Part shown: piece after piece, positions 25,810 to 35,875 of the stretch | Position numbering within the stretch: position 1 is the first letter of the stretch | Layout: every line of letters begins with the position of its first letter | Assembly: GCA_011056635.1 (NCBI GenBank) | Contig: DSEO01000153.1 | Span: 7,563 to 71,562 of the forward strand | Reading direction: 5' to 3' | DNA length: 64,000 nucleotides | From: Bacteroides sp. | GTDB taxonomy: Bacteria > Bacteroidota > Bacteroidia > Bacteroidales > GCA-2748055 | Program-made: the position numbers and the translations under genes | Notes under the pieces: model-generated | What the model was told of the DNA's origin: nothing | Databases searched by the model: none | What the model saw: only the letters and a program-made list of their open reading frames with translations

Positions 25810-27384
25810 TTATTCCTTATATGGTTCAAATCTGATGAGATCCCAGCTGAATTTTCCCGGGATCAACGATTTTATCTGAATGGTATGTCCTTCATACTGA
25901 AGAAAATTTATGACTCCCAGATTCTTCATCGCAAAAGGATTATTTGCGGACCCGCCCGAAGATAAATCCACCAGTCCGCCCACATATTTACCATCCAGTA
26001 AAACTTCTACCACCGCATTATTCTGGTCCAATGACTCAGCGCGCAAAAACATCGAATACAAACCCTGCACAATTTTTGGGATCCTGTATGTAATGGTGAA
26101 GTCCCCATCCAAATATAGGTAATCTCCGCCCCAGGCAGGATGCTCCGGATCCCCCGTTTCAATAAAATAGAGATCTGTTCCGCCCCACGTAAAATTATTC
26201 AGTGCCGCTGTATCTTCAATCAGATATTCTCCAGGTTCTTCACGATATTCATTGAGAAGGGGTTCATCGTAGAATTCATAGGTCAGAATTGCACGGGAAG
26301 GTGGTTGCTGACGGAGAACCTGGTTAATAAAATGTATTGCTCCGCTCTGGGTCAAAACATTGGAATGATCATAGTAAAATCCTATGAAATCGATGATTGT
26401 GGTATCCACACCGTTGATAATGGTGTCGAAGTTTTCCTTCCCTTTATTAATCATTATGTCCAGGCCTGTTCCATTTATATTCAAAGGAATATCCGAAAAA
26501 GTCGAATAATTGGTGGCCAGGTCCACAAAATCGTCCATAAATATGCTCCCCTCCAGCATATGGTAGCTCACATACTGGTAGAGTGGGTTGCTGGGTACCT
26601 CATAATTATCATCTTCCGGACTGACAGCGGAGACCAATGCATTAAATGAACCGATCCCACTTCTCTGATATACAGAATCAGGCTCGGCCAGCAGGGTAAA
26701 TGGACGGGCATCCGTTACTTCCCTGAGATTTATATCCATTTGCTCGCTTAATCCCGTTGCATCTGCTGCAGATCTGAAAATAGAGAAACCGTCATTCGAC
26801 TCGAGCCAGTCATAGGTGGTTCTGGTGACAGGCACAAGCGCATTCCCGATCAGGTGAATATAACCGTTTGAGACTTCAATGTTCGTGTAAATAACAGGAG
26901 CCTGGTTGTTGATTTTATAATAGGAGGAATCAGGTTCAATTGCAAAACTGACCGTAAGGATATCACCAGAAAGTGTTCGCTCGGGAAATGCTCCAAAGGG
27001 AAAATCATCTGTATGTATGGCCATATTCACCACATGGTACCTGCTCAGTGCGCGCACATACTCTGAGTCGTTCAACAAACCATCCAGGGAATTGAACTGA
27101 TCGTTCCCCGCAATAAATTGATCGATTGCTTCATTGTCAGGCAAAAACAATGTGTACCCTATTCCATTGGGATTGTATGCACTGAGTGTCTTATCAATGC
27201 CCCCCTTTTCAAGAATGGCAAGAAAACTCGAGTATGCTGAATCGTTCTCTACAATGTAATCATAGATGGTCATATCGAGCATATCCTCGAAACCTGCATC
27301 AATAATATCATGATCACAGGAAAATAATCCGGCTGCCACTATCAGTAAAATACCTGCAATACCTGTGTATATTCTTTTCTTCAT
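25810..27384 (-). CDS. Fasciclin (FAS1) domain lipoprotein
   Basis: Lipobox AAGLFSC. FAS1 signature GYTLFLPDNEAIDQF, followed by HVV...G.I.L. Confidence 0.7.
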   Translation of the reverse strand: MKKRIYTGIAGILLIVAAGLFSCDHDIIDAGFEDMLDMTIYDYIVENDSAYSSFLAILEKGGIDKTLSAYNPNGIGYTLFLPDNEAIDQFIAGNDQFNSLDGLLNDSEYVRALSRYHVVNMAIHTDDFPFGAFPERTLSGDILTVSFAIEPDSSYYKINNQAPVIYTNIEVSNGYIHLIGNALVPVTRTTYDWLESNDGFSIFRSAADATGLSEQMDINLREVTDARPFTLLAEPDSVYQRSGIGSFNALVSAVSPEDDNYEVPSNPLYQYVSYHMLEGSIFMDDFVDLATNYSTFSDIPLNINGTGLDIMINKGKENFDTIINGVDTTIIDFIGFYYDHSNVLTQSGAIHFINQVLRQQPPSRAILTYEFYDEPLLNEYREEPGEYLIEDTAALNNFTWGGTDLYFIETGDPEHPAWGGDYLYLDGDFTITYRIPKIVQGLYSMFLRAESLDQNNAVVEVLLDGKYVGGLVDLSSGGSANNPFAMKNLGVINFLQYEGHTIQIKSLIPGKFSWDLIRFEPYKE

Positions 27385-27392
27385 CTTCTTGC

Positions 27393-28874
27393 CTAATTAT
27401 CATAATACGGGTTCTGGACCAAATTCTTGTTTCGTTCAATTTCCGATTCAGCGATGGGGAGATACCAGCCGAGCGGATTGGTGAGTTTGGCGGCCAGGAT
27501 CCGTTTCTGTGTTGCCGGAACATTGCTTACAATGATCTCGATAAGTATGGTTTTCCTGGCATAATTGTTTCGTCTTCCCATCCTCACCAGATCAAACCAT
27601 CGTTTCCCTTCAAAAGCAAGCTCGAGTGCCCGCTCCTGCATGATGGCATCCTCATATGCCGCTGCCGAAGCAGGCAGACTGAGCGGCGGAACATCGGCGC
27701 GGAAGCGGATCTCGTTGAGTATATCAAGGGCTTCCTGGAAACGGCCCAGCTGAGAGAGTGCTTCAGCTTTCATTAACATTACATCAGCGAGTCTGTATAC
27801 CACCCAGTTACAACTTCGCTGTTCCGAACCAGGCCGGGTAGTGTTGCCATCCGGGGCCCGGCCCACATATTTCCAGATGGTGAAATCATTTTCACCGTGT
27901 TTTCTGACAGAGGCATCCTCACCCCGGTACAATTCCCTGGTAAACTCCTTGGCAAATACTTCAATGGCTTTCTGGCTGGGATCGTATTGATGGCTGTTAT
28001 ATTCGGTGGTCCCATACATCCCGTTAGGTTGGTTCAGACTTTCATCAAACTGAAATTCGAAGATCGACTCGAGGGAGTTTCCGGGATAATAGATCTCAAA
28101 CCATTTTGCACTTGGCTGAAGTACAATATCCTCATTGCTTTCAATATTTGCCACATGTCTCAAAACAGCTTCATAATCAAACATCCAGAGCGCGATATCT
28201 GCCAGCAGTGCGTCTATTGCGGCCTTGGTCGCTCTTCCCTTGATTTCCTCCTGGGTCGGGTAACCATCTTTGGTGGCATATTTGCGATACGCTTCCAGAT
28301 CTTCAATCAGGTATCCCAGAATTTCTTCCTCCTCAGTCTTGGCTGGATAAAAATCGGCATTATCAGTTTCGGTAGGTTCAGTGATATAAGGAACATCTTT
28401 GAAGATACGCACCAGGTAGAAATAACTGAGACTCCTGAGAAAATAGGCTTCTGAAAGATACCTCTGAAGCAGATAATCTGAGAATGTATCATCTTTGTCC
28501 TGCACAATAGGCGCATTCTTTATCACTTCATTGCAATAATTGATAATTTCATAAAAACTTGACCAGTTACACATATAGTTATCAGAGTAAATATTGCCCT
28601 CGGCAATCCTTTGTTCCTGCCAGTCTTGACTGTAATCCCCGGTCACCATATCAGCCCGGATCTCCCCGTATTTAAATAGCATCTCATCCATCTCGGCGAA
28701 TGTTTCATAGGCTCCCATGATCACTGCATGAACATCTTCTTTTGTTTGCCAGAATTCTTCTCTGATCAATCCCTGCGGGGGGATAAGCTCCATCCACTGC
28801 TCACAGGAAAAAGGTACAGTCAGGATCAAACACACAAGGAAATATTTCATCGCCATTCTCATACCGTATGTCAT
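27393..28874 (-). CDS. SusD/RagB-family outer-membrane lipoprotein
   Basis: Lipobox TVPFSC. SusD motifs include ERALELAFEGKRWFDLVR. Directly downstream of a SusC-like gene. Confidence 0.85.
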   Translation of the reverse strand: MTYGMRMAMKYFLVCLILTVPFSCEQWMELIPPQGLIREEFWQTKEDVHAVIMGAYETFAEMDEMLFKYGEIRADMVTGDYSQDWQEQRIAEGNIYSDNYMCNWSSFYEIINYCNEVIKNAPIVQDKDDTFSDYLLQRYLSEAYFLRSLSYFYLVRIFKDVPYITEPTETDNADFYPAKTEEEEILGYLIEDLEAYRKYATKDGYPTQEEIKGRATKAAIDALLADIALWMFDYEAVLRHVANIESNEDIVLQPSAKWFEIYYPGNSLESIFEFQFDESLNQPNGMYGTTEYNSHQYDPSQKAIEVFAKEFTRELYRGEDASVRKHGENDFTIWKYVGRAPDGNTTRPGSEQRSCNWVVYRLADVMLMKAEALSQLGRFQEALDILNEIRFRADVPPLSLPASAAAYEDAIMQERALELAFEGKRWFDLVRMGRRNNYARKTILIEIIVSNVPATQKRILAAKLTNPLGWYLPIAESEIERNKNLVQNPYYDN

Positions 28875-28883
28875 TTCATCAGT

Positions 28884-31800
28884 TTAAAAACCCACTAAAA
28901 CACTGAGTGTCAACATTTTTGGAGGAGGAGTATTGGCCCGGTCCACACCGATCCAGAATGGATTACTGGCATCCTGTCCCACTTCAGGATCCTGACCGCT
29001 GTACCTGGTAAAGGTAAACAGTTTCCTGGCGCTGACTGCAAAGCTCATGGATCTTACCCTCAACCTCTCACACAGGTCCCTCCGCAACCTGTATCCCAGT
29101 TTCATATTGATCAACCTTAAATAATCACCCGGTTCAACGTAGCGGTCAGACCCCAGGTTATTGGCGGGATGGTTTAGGTAGGCTCTGGGCAACATGCCTT
29201 CCTCGTCCTGTCCCTGCACCCGCCAGCGGCTCAAAACTGCCTTACTCTGGTTGTTCCTGTCGAGCATCCCCTCGGTTTCGATGGCCACACCGTTGATGAT
29301 ATCGAATCCAAGCCGGTAATGGAATGCCACCGAGAAATCAAAGTCCTTGTAGTCAAACTGTGTCCCGAATCCGCCTGTTAGATCGGGGTTCGAATCACCA
29401 ATATATACCACATCGTTCAGATCAATGATCCCGTCCTTGTTAATATCCTCATAGATGGCATCACCACCTCTGAAGATATAGGTACCCTCATAGGTCATAG
29501 GGATAGGGACACCATTCTCATCTAAAATCAAATTCCCATTGGCATCCCTGGCCAGGGCATCTTTATCGGTAGGATAAACTCCCAGGTACCTGAATCCAAA
29601 AAAGGACCCGATAGGCTCGCCCTCGATGACACGCTGGGGGTACTCGCCATTGTTGATGGAAGTCGATCTTTCCGTATTGAAGTTGTCGGGAAGGTCCACA
29701 AATGAGTTCACATTCTGCGCAGTGTTGAAATTGACTGACCATTTGAAATTGTCCCGCTGCAGCACCTCGTAATCCAACATTAATTCCCATCCTTTGTTCT
29801 GCAGAGCACCTCCATTGAAGTACCTGAGCGTACCATACCCGGACGATGTGGGTATATTATAATTATCAAAAAGCAGATCCGAGGTGGTCTTCAGGTATAC
29901 ATCGGCTTCCACATAAAGGGAATAATCAAACAGATTCAATTCAATACCCACATCGTAGGATTCGATATTTTCCCATTGCAGATTATTGAGCTGTATCTGC
30001 CTGGGAATAATGGCCGGATTTTTTATATAGTTCCCGTCATTGGACGATTCATAGGTAGCAAAACGGGCGTAAGTATCTGAGGGTTGCCTCCCCGCCACTC
30101 CCCAGCTTGCCCTGAGCATGCTTTCACCGAGCACCTGAAACCTTTGCATGAAGGATTCACTCGAGAATCTCCACCCCAGTGATACCCCTTTGAATAATCC
30201 CCACCGGTTGTTGATCCCAAATGCAGAATGAGCGTCTGCCCGCAGTATGGTCTGGACCATGTAGCGATCCTTAAATTTATAGTTAATATTGGCCAGGGCT
30301 CCGAGAGAGCGCGTTTCGCCCGAGCCTGTTCCTATCCAGTTGATCTGTGCGTTGATTGACGGATCCTGGACATCTGTGCTGGGCACCTTATTGCTCTGAA
30401 TATTCATCCACTCGTAACTGGACTGATTCGTAATCCAGCTGATGGCTCCGGTAAGGACATGCTTCTCATCCTTAAAGGGGGAATTAAATGCCAACTGGCT
30501 TTCCGTTCTTATCTGCATGTCAAAATTATTCCCTTCATCTGCCTTGTTGACATTCCACGCCAACCAATCGGCGCCAAAAGCGTTGTAAGGGAGAAAGGCT
30601 GATTCCTTTCTCCCCTGGTACTGGACGGATATTGTTTCCCTCAGGGTAAGCCACTCAAGAAGATTATACCTCAAGCGAAAGGTGTTTTGTAACTGGTTGC
30701 TGACCTGATCGTTTCTCCCCAGGTTCGAAATAGCTACGGGATTGTAGTAAGTGCTCCCTGACCCCTGGTAACTGTTGATCGGAGTAAAATACTCCCCAGT
30801 GAGTTCTCCCTTGTTGTCATACTCCCATATACTCATATTGGGGGCTTTGATATAAGCCATGTTCCTTATATTTCTTCCGGCCAGTGATAGATTCCCCTCC
30901 GTATTATTCCTCGAATAACTGAACTGAATGCTAAATAGCAGTTTCCTTGAGAGATAATAGTCCAGATTTACTCTGGTCGAAAATCTTTTCGAACTTGTGT
31001 TGATGGTGGTCCCTCCTTCGTCTATATAACTGAATGAGGTGAAATACCTGGTTTTCTGCCCTCCTCCGGAAATTTTAAAATAATGGTCGTTCGTCATTGA
31101 ATTCTGAGTGATAGCTCCTAACCAATCTGTGTTCGCCGAATAGTTATAGAAATCGCTATAATCCCTGTCATATGCTATCTCGGGGGGTATTTCGAAAATA
31201 CCCCTGGCATTATGCCACTCCTCAAGCTGCAACATGATATATTCATCACCATTGAGCATGGGGATAGCCGGCGGCTGGAAATTCAGACTGTTCTTATACT
31301 GATAATCAAATTGAACTTTCCCCAGTTTCCCGGAATGAGTCTCGATCAATAGAACTCCGTCGGCTCCTCTTGATCCATATACAGCAGTGGATCCCGCATC
31401 CTTCAGTATTTCAATTGACTTAATATCCTGAACAGCAATATTTATCAGTTCACTGATGTCTTCGCTATCTGCTGAACTCAGGTCAAAATCCTGGGATACA
31501 CGAAATTGAGGAATACCGTCGACAACAATAAGAGGCTGGTTGTTCCCCATTGAGCTAAGCCCCCTGATCACCAGCTGAGAACCTGATCCCGGATCACCGG
31601 AGGCAGAGATGATGTCCAATCCACTCACTTTACCCTGAAGCGCATCGGCAGCAGAGAGAGCCCCTGCTTCCTGCATCTCTATCAGGTCCACCTTTACAGA
31701 GGATGAAGCTTTATCCCTTTCGTCAATGTTGGTCAGGTTGAAATTGGACTTGGCCACTGCGGTTACAGTTACTTCCTCCAGCTCCACATTGGAAGTTTCA

Positions 31801-32105
31801 AGCTCAATCATCAGGGGTCCCGAAACCCTGTGGTCTATTTCTTTGGTGTTATACCCAATGACACTGATCCTGATCACATTTTCAACATTCCTCATCTCCA
31901 GGATAAAATCGCCGTTCACATCGGAGATGGTCCCGTTGATAATGCGGTTTTCTTTATCAAATTCAATGATATTGGCGCCAATGACCGGTGTATTTTCATT
32001 CTTATCCATGACTCTTCCCCTGATGATTTTGCTTTGCTGAGAGAAAGCCGGGAACGCACATCCCAGCGCCAACAGTAAGATAAACGCTTTTTTCCCCATG
32101 TTCAT
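28884..32105 (-). CDS. SusC-like TonB-dependent transporter
   Basis: Probable start MNMGKKAFILLLALGCAFPAFSQQ; the ORF track starts 13 codons earlier and overlaps the upstream gene. CarbopepD_reg-like N-domain (IIRGRVMDKNENTPVIGANI), a plug (VVDGIP...GSRGADGVLLIET), and a barrel ending in LSVLVGF. Confidence 0.9.
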   Translation of the reverse strand: MNMGKKAFILLLALGCAFPAFSQQSKIIRGRVMDKNENTPVIGANIIEFDKENRIINGTISDVNGDFILEMRNVENVIRISVIGYNTKEIDHRVSGPLMIELETSNVELEEVTVTAVAKSNFNLTNIDERDKASSSVKVDLIEMQEAGALSAADALQGKVSGLDIISASGDPGSGSQLVIRGLSSMGNNQPLIVVDGIPQFRVSQDFDLSSADSEDISELINIAVQDIKSIEILKDAGSTAVYGSRGADGVLLIETHSGKLGKVQFDYQYKNSLNFQPPAIPMLNGDEYIMLQLEEWHNARGIFEIPPEIAYDRDYSDFYNYSANTDWLGAITQNSMTNDHYFKISGGGQKTRYFTSFSYIDEGGTTINTSSKRFSTRVNLDYYLSRKLLFSIQFSYSRNNTEGNLSLAGRNIRNMAYIKAPNMSIWEYDNKGELTGEYFTPINSYQGSGSTYYNPVAISNLGRNDQVSNQLQNTFRLRYNLLEWLTLRETISVQYQGRKESAFLPYNAFGADWLAWNVNKADEGNNFDMQIRTESQLAFNSPFKDEKHVLTGAISWITNQSSYEWMNIQSNKVPSTDVQDPSINAQINWIGTGSGETRSLGALANINYKFKDRYMVQTILRADAHSAFGINNRWGLFKGVSLGWRFSSESFMQRFQVLGESMLRASWGVAGRQPSDTYARFATYESSNDGNYIKNPAIIPRQIQLNNLQWENIESYDVGIELNLFDYSLYVEADVYLKTTSDLLFDNYNIPTSSGYGTLRYFNGGALQNKGWELMLDYEVLQRDNFKWSVNFNTAQNVNSFVDLPDNFNTERSTSINNGEYPQRVIEGEPIGSFFGFRYLGVYPTDKDALARDANGNLILDENGVPIPMTYEGTYIFRGGDAIYEDINKDGIIDLNDVVYIGDSNPDLTGGFGTQFDYKDFDFSVAFHYRLGFDIINGVAIETEGMLDRNNQSKAVLSRWRVQGQDEEGMLPRAYLNHPANNLGSDRYVEPGDYLRLINMKLGYRLRRDLCERLRVRSMSFAVSARKLFTFTRYSGQDPEVGQDASNPFWIGVDRANTPPPKMLTLSVLVGF

Positions 32106-32115
32106 GTATGAATGA

Positions 32116-34425
32116 TTATTTGGAATCAAGTTGTTCAATGTCAAGTACCCTGTCCGTTTGGTGAATCACGCTGTTAATAATGACAACCGGAAAGACTTCC
32201 GTCCCTTCGCCTAAATTACGCCCGGTCATCAGGTTGGTAGTTTCCGCTTCCTCAACATTTAAGAATGCGTTCCCCGCCCTGTCGGGGATCGTGATGATAT
32301 CTATTCCGGGATTGATATAGATGCTGGAGAATACCACAGAGAATTCTGTGGAAGATTCATCAATCCTTGTTGTCTTATAATATCCCGGGCTTGTACTCCC
32401 GTCGGTAAAAATAAGATTGCCCTGAACAAAATGAAGCATCAGCAGATTGCGCAGGTCTGCGATTGAAAGTGTATCGGCACGATAGGCAGTCATGACCGAA
32501 TCGTTTGGCACAAAAACCGTGTAATTTTCTGTTTCGGACAAGAACGTATAACGGTTCTGTGAATCAATTGTCAGACCTGCCTTCCTGAGTAAATTGTGAA
32601 ATACGGGATAATTACTTGAAATCTGGACGAAGAGATTTGAAGCAGAGAAACTTAACCAGTTCCTGATCCTGTAGGTGATCCCGTTATCTGCATCTGTGCT
32701 GATCTGCTCAGGAAATTCGGGTACAACACTCTCTCCCCGGTACCCTTCAGTGGTGGGTGCCGTTCCAGCAACTTCGCCAGTTAAATTATTCACAACCAAA
32801 TAGTTTCCCGCCAGATTCTGAATGAATTCTTTCCGGGCTATCCCGAAGGGAGTCCTTTTGCCGACATGATTCAGGATCAGCGTCCGTAATTCGTTGACAT
32901 TTAAATTATAACGTTGTGATGTTGCCGCATGGCCCTGGTACAGATGAAAACTCTCCGTGGAATAATCATACCAGAGCGAAGAGTCTTGCTGACAATCAAC
33001 GTCATTCTCGACAAACAGCATGTACTGTTCATTTTCTCTCTTAAGGGCAGGCAGCAACCCTGATTTTTCAATTGCATACATGGAATATGAATATCCCCTG
33101 AGAAGATATACAGGACCGGATACGCTACTGAAGGCTCTTGGTATCAGGGCTTTGCCAAGACCAATGAACGTGGCATTGCTTCCATATTGTTTGTCCAGTA
33201 TGTCATCCTGATCAATGTAGACCCTGTCATCCTCCCCGTTGATAAATCCTTCCGTAAAATCTGAGGGATAGATCGGATTCGTTGAAAGATGCGTGTTGGC
33301 AATGATTCGTTTGATATGCAGGGGAGCACTCTCCAGGTTACCCCATCGGCCCGTACCTGCAAGAAAATCGTTTATTAGCTGATTAAGTGCCTGATCAGCA
33401 GGAGCAGCAACTCCATGATGGTACCTGATGGATACATTTCCCGGTAAACCGAAAGTACCCCTGGGAGCAGTGGTTCTCTCGTTCAGGATGTCAAAGGCCA
33501 GATCAGGATAAGTAACATCAAACAGCGAATCCACAACATAACCTTCCCTGGCCCCGGGCTGATCGAACGTAGCCTCTTCATTATAACGAAATTCCGGAAA
33601 CCTGTTGAGAAGACCAAGGAATGCAGCATAAGATTGACCGTTTCGGTCCGACTCCAGGATCTCGTATGCATTATCCAGTGGGTCAACCACCCTGTCGATG
33701 TTGTAAACAAATCCATTTTCAGCGAAGATCTCATCTCCCACGATCCTGGCGCCTGCATAATATATATCCTTTGAACTCTCGAATGGACGATCAAAATAAA
33801 AAGTGTAGTCGTCTGAGTTGAGATCGTAAATTTCAAAGTAATCCCTGAAAAATACAGGAGCATACTTTCGGGAGTCAGTAAGGTGAACCCTGTACAAATT
33901 GGACTGAAGCGTATCAACAATCCGAATGGATTTATCCACTTCACTGTAACCTATACCGAGTTTCCGGTTCTTATTAAGAAGCAGAGTCTCCCTTTTATAC
34001 CCCCGTGGCTTGTCATTGTTAATGTCAAGGGTATCGATCCACCCCCAGACATCAAGTTGCTGAAGCTGGCTCTTACTCCATGGATTCTGGACAATATGGT
34101 ATTTTACAAGCCGCTGAAGTGCGTCATCGGGTAAATCCTCAGGGCTGTTATAAAGGGGATGCTGCTGGAACCAATTGCTAAATGCTTCATTGTTGGGTGC
34201 AAAAACTGTGTAACTGCCCGATCTGTTTATGATCGTATCATACCCGGATAACTCAACGCATCTAGTAAAGGTTGAAAGATCCGGCTGATCCAGCAATTGC
34301 GTGTAGACCTTGCCTGCAAGCCAATCCGGACGGCTGTACTTATCCTCACCTTTCCAATCGGGGTTACAACCTCTGAAGATCAAAAACCCCAGGCCCATTA
34401 ACATGATTATCCTTGCCTTAGTCAT
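32116..34425 (-). CDS. Multi-FAS1 (fasciclin) domain lipoprotein, first gene of the locus
   Basis: Lipobox FLIFRGC. At least two FAS1 signatures (GSYTVFAPNNEAFSNW and ENYTVFVPNDSVMTAY). 769 aa. Confidence 0.7.
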   Translation of the reverse strand: MTKARIIMLMGLGFLIFRGCNPDWKGEDKYSRPDWLAGKVYTQLLDQPDLSTFTRCVELSGYDTIINRSGSYTVFAPNNEAFSNWFQQHPLYNSPEDLPDDALQRLVKYHIVQNPWSKSQLQQLDVWGWIDTLDINNDKPRGYKRETLLLNKNRKLGIGYSEVDKSIRIVDTLQSNLYRVHLTDSRKYAPVFFRDYFEIYDLNSDDYTFYFDRPFESSKDIYYAGARIVGDEIFAENGFVYNIDRVVDPLDNAYEILESDRNGQSYAAFLGLLNRFPEFRYNEEATFDQPGAREGYVVDSLFDVTYPDLAFDILNERTTAPRGTFGLPGNVSIRYHHGVAAPADQALNQLINDFLAGTGRWGNLESAPLHIKRIIANTHLSTNPIYPSDFTEGFINGEDDRVYIDQDDILDKQYGSNATFIGLGKALIPRAFSSVSGPVYLLRGYSYSMYAIEKSGLLPALKRENEQYMLFVENDVDCQQDSSLWYDYSTESFHLYQGHAATSQRYNLNVNELRTLILNHVGKRTPFGIARKEFIQNLAGNYLVVNNLTGEVAGTAPTTEGYRGESVVPEFPEQISTDADNGITYRIRNWLSFSASNLFVQISSNYPVFHNLLRKAGLTIDSQNRYTFLSETENYTVFVPNDSVMTAYRADTLSIADLRNLLMLHFVQGNLIFTDGSTSPGYYKTTRIDESSTEFSVVFSSIYINPGIDIITIPDRAGNAFLNVEEAETTNLMTGRNLGEGTEVFPVVIINSVIHQTDRVLDIEQLDSK

Positions 34426-34696
34426 TACAGCGGTTATCTTAAACAGTTATTATATTTGTCAATCCACATTCTAAAATTCAAGTCGCTCACCAATCCATCA
34501 ACTTCCCCAAATGCATTCGATTGTCTATCTTTGATCTACGCATTTTTTAAAGCCTGGCCATTGGCTAAATTTAAAAAAAAAAATAATTATCTCTGCTATG
34601 ATGGTTGTTTGGTGTTTTTTTACAGCAATATTTGCTTTCCTTCTTCATCCTTATGTTTTCATTGGCTATTATTGTTCAATCAATTATGATAGACCA

Positions 34697-35875
34697 ATGC
34701 ATCAACCACACATGTTCCCGGTTGCATCGATTGTTGCTTTTTTTCTTTTTCTGAATGCGTGCCAATACGATACATCCCGTTCTCAGTTCTACCATCCAGC
34801 TGAGTTTGAATCTTGCGAATCGACCGGTTTTGTATGGTCTGAAGACTACTATGAGATAGTACCAAAACTAATAGGAATCATATCAAAAAAGGACAAAGTA
34901 ACCCTTTTTGTAGGCAATATAAAGAAGGATACGATCCACATCAGGAATGTTTTGGATAATTACGGTTCCCTGCCCCAAAACGTCCGGTTCGTAATCATGG
35001 ATATGCCGCTGGATAATATATGGATCAGAGATTACGGTCCTGCTTTCCTCGTCAATCGGTCAGGTGAGAAGAAGATGGTTCAATTCACATACTTTTGGAC
35101 CGATCCTGAATTTATTAAAAATTATTCCACCATTACAGGGATCCCTGTGATAGTGAGCGCGTTTCAAAGCACTGGTGGTTCCAGGGAAGTAAATGGGAAA
35201 GGAACAATGATATTGTGTGAAGCACATGAAATGGAGGTAAACCAAAACAGATCCAAAAATGAGATTGAACAGGAGATGTTCAGTAAACTTGGCCAAAAAA
35301 AGATCATCTGGTTAAAAAAGGGAATTCCACAGGATGATAATTTTCGTTCCGGTCCCATTTATGACCAGATTTATCCAAAAGGGGTAAACGGTCATGTGGA
35401 TGAATTCTGCCGGTTCGCTAATGCAAACACCATATTCATCAGTAGTGTTTCGGAAGTTGAAGCAAACCGTCACCCAATACTTGCAGAAGCAAAGCAGAGA
35501 ATGGATGAAAATCTGGAAATTCTGAATCATAGTACAGATCAGGATGGTAATAAATTTAAAGTGATCGAGGTGCCTTTTGCCCCGTTGATCATTTCTGACC
35601 GAAGGTCAGGGCCAGAGGGAAAACTCGTCACCCTGGTTACCAGTTACATGAATTTTATAATTACCGATTCACTGATCATATTGCCATCCTATGTTTCGGA
35701 TACCTCAGAAGACAAAGTTCTGATAAATAAAGAACAAAAAGTACTGGATATATTTAAACAGACCTTTCCGGAAAGGCAGATTATCAAAGTACGGGCTGAT
35801 ACGCTCAACTATTACAGCGGGGGATTCCATTGCATCAGCATCCATGAACCATCGGCCGGTTCGGCAATAAAATAA
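34697..35875 (+). CDS. Agmatine deiminase / Porphyromonas-type peptidylarginine deiminase family (PF04371-like) lipoprotein
   Basis: Likely start MHQPHMFPVASIVAFFLFLNAC (lipobox). Family motifs NIWIRDYGP, GKGTMILCE and the C-terminal catalytic-Cys context YYSGGFHCISIHEP. Confidence 0.7.
   Translation: MHQPHMFPVASIVAFFLFLNACQYDTSRSQFYHPAEFESCESTGFVWSEDYYEIVPKLIGIISKKDKVTLFVGNIKKDTIHIRNVLDNYGSLPQNVRFVIMDMPLDNIWIRDYGPAFLVNRSGEKKMVQFTYFWTDPEFIKNYSTITGIPVIVSAFQSTGGSREVNGKGTMILCEAHEMEVNQNRSKNEIEQEMFSKLGQKKIIWLKKGIPQDDNFRSGPIYDQIYPKGVNGHVDEFCRFANANTIFISSVSEVEANRHPILAEAKQRMDENLEILNHSTDQDGNKFKVIEVPFAPLIISDRRSGPEGKLVTLVTSYMNFIITDSLIILPSYVSDTSEDKVLINKEQKVLDIFKQTFPERQIIKVRADTLNYYSGGFHCISIHEPSAGSAIK

Noticed and set aside
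29384-29398. GGGGTTCGAATCACC, which resembles a tRNA T-arm/T-loop.
   Set aside because: The 3' side (CACCA) cannot pair with CGGGG to close a T stem. No acceptor or anticodon arms are evident, and the site lies inside the SusC coding sequence.
34721-34737. GTTGCATCGATTGTTGC, which superficially resembles the LacI-type palindrome.
   Set aside because: The half-site spacing is off by one nt relative to TTGCAAyCGrTTGCA. The right half is degenerate, and the site lies inside the PAD-family CDS rather than in a promoter.
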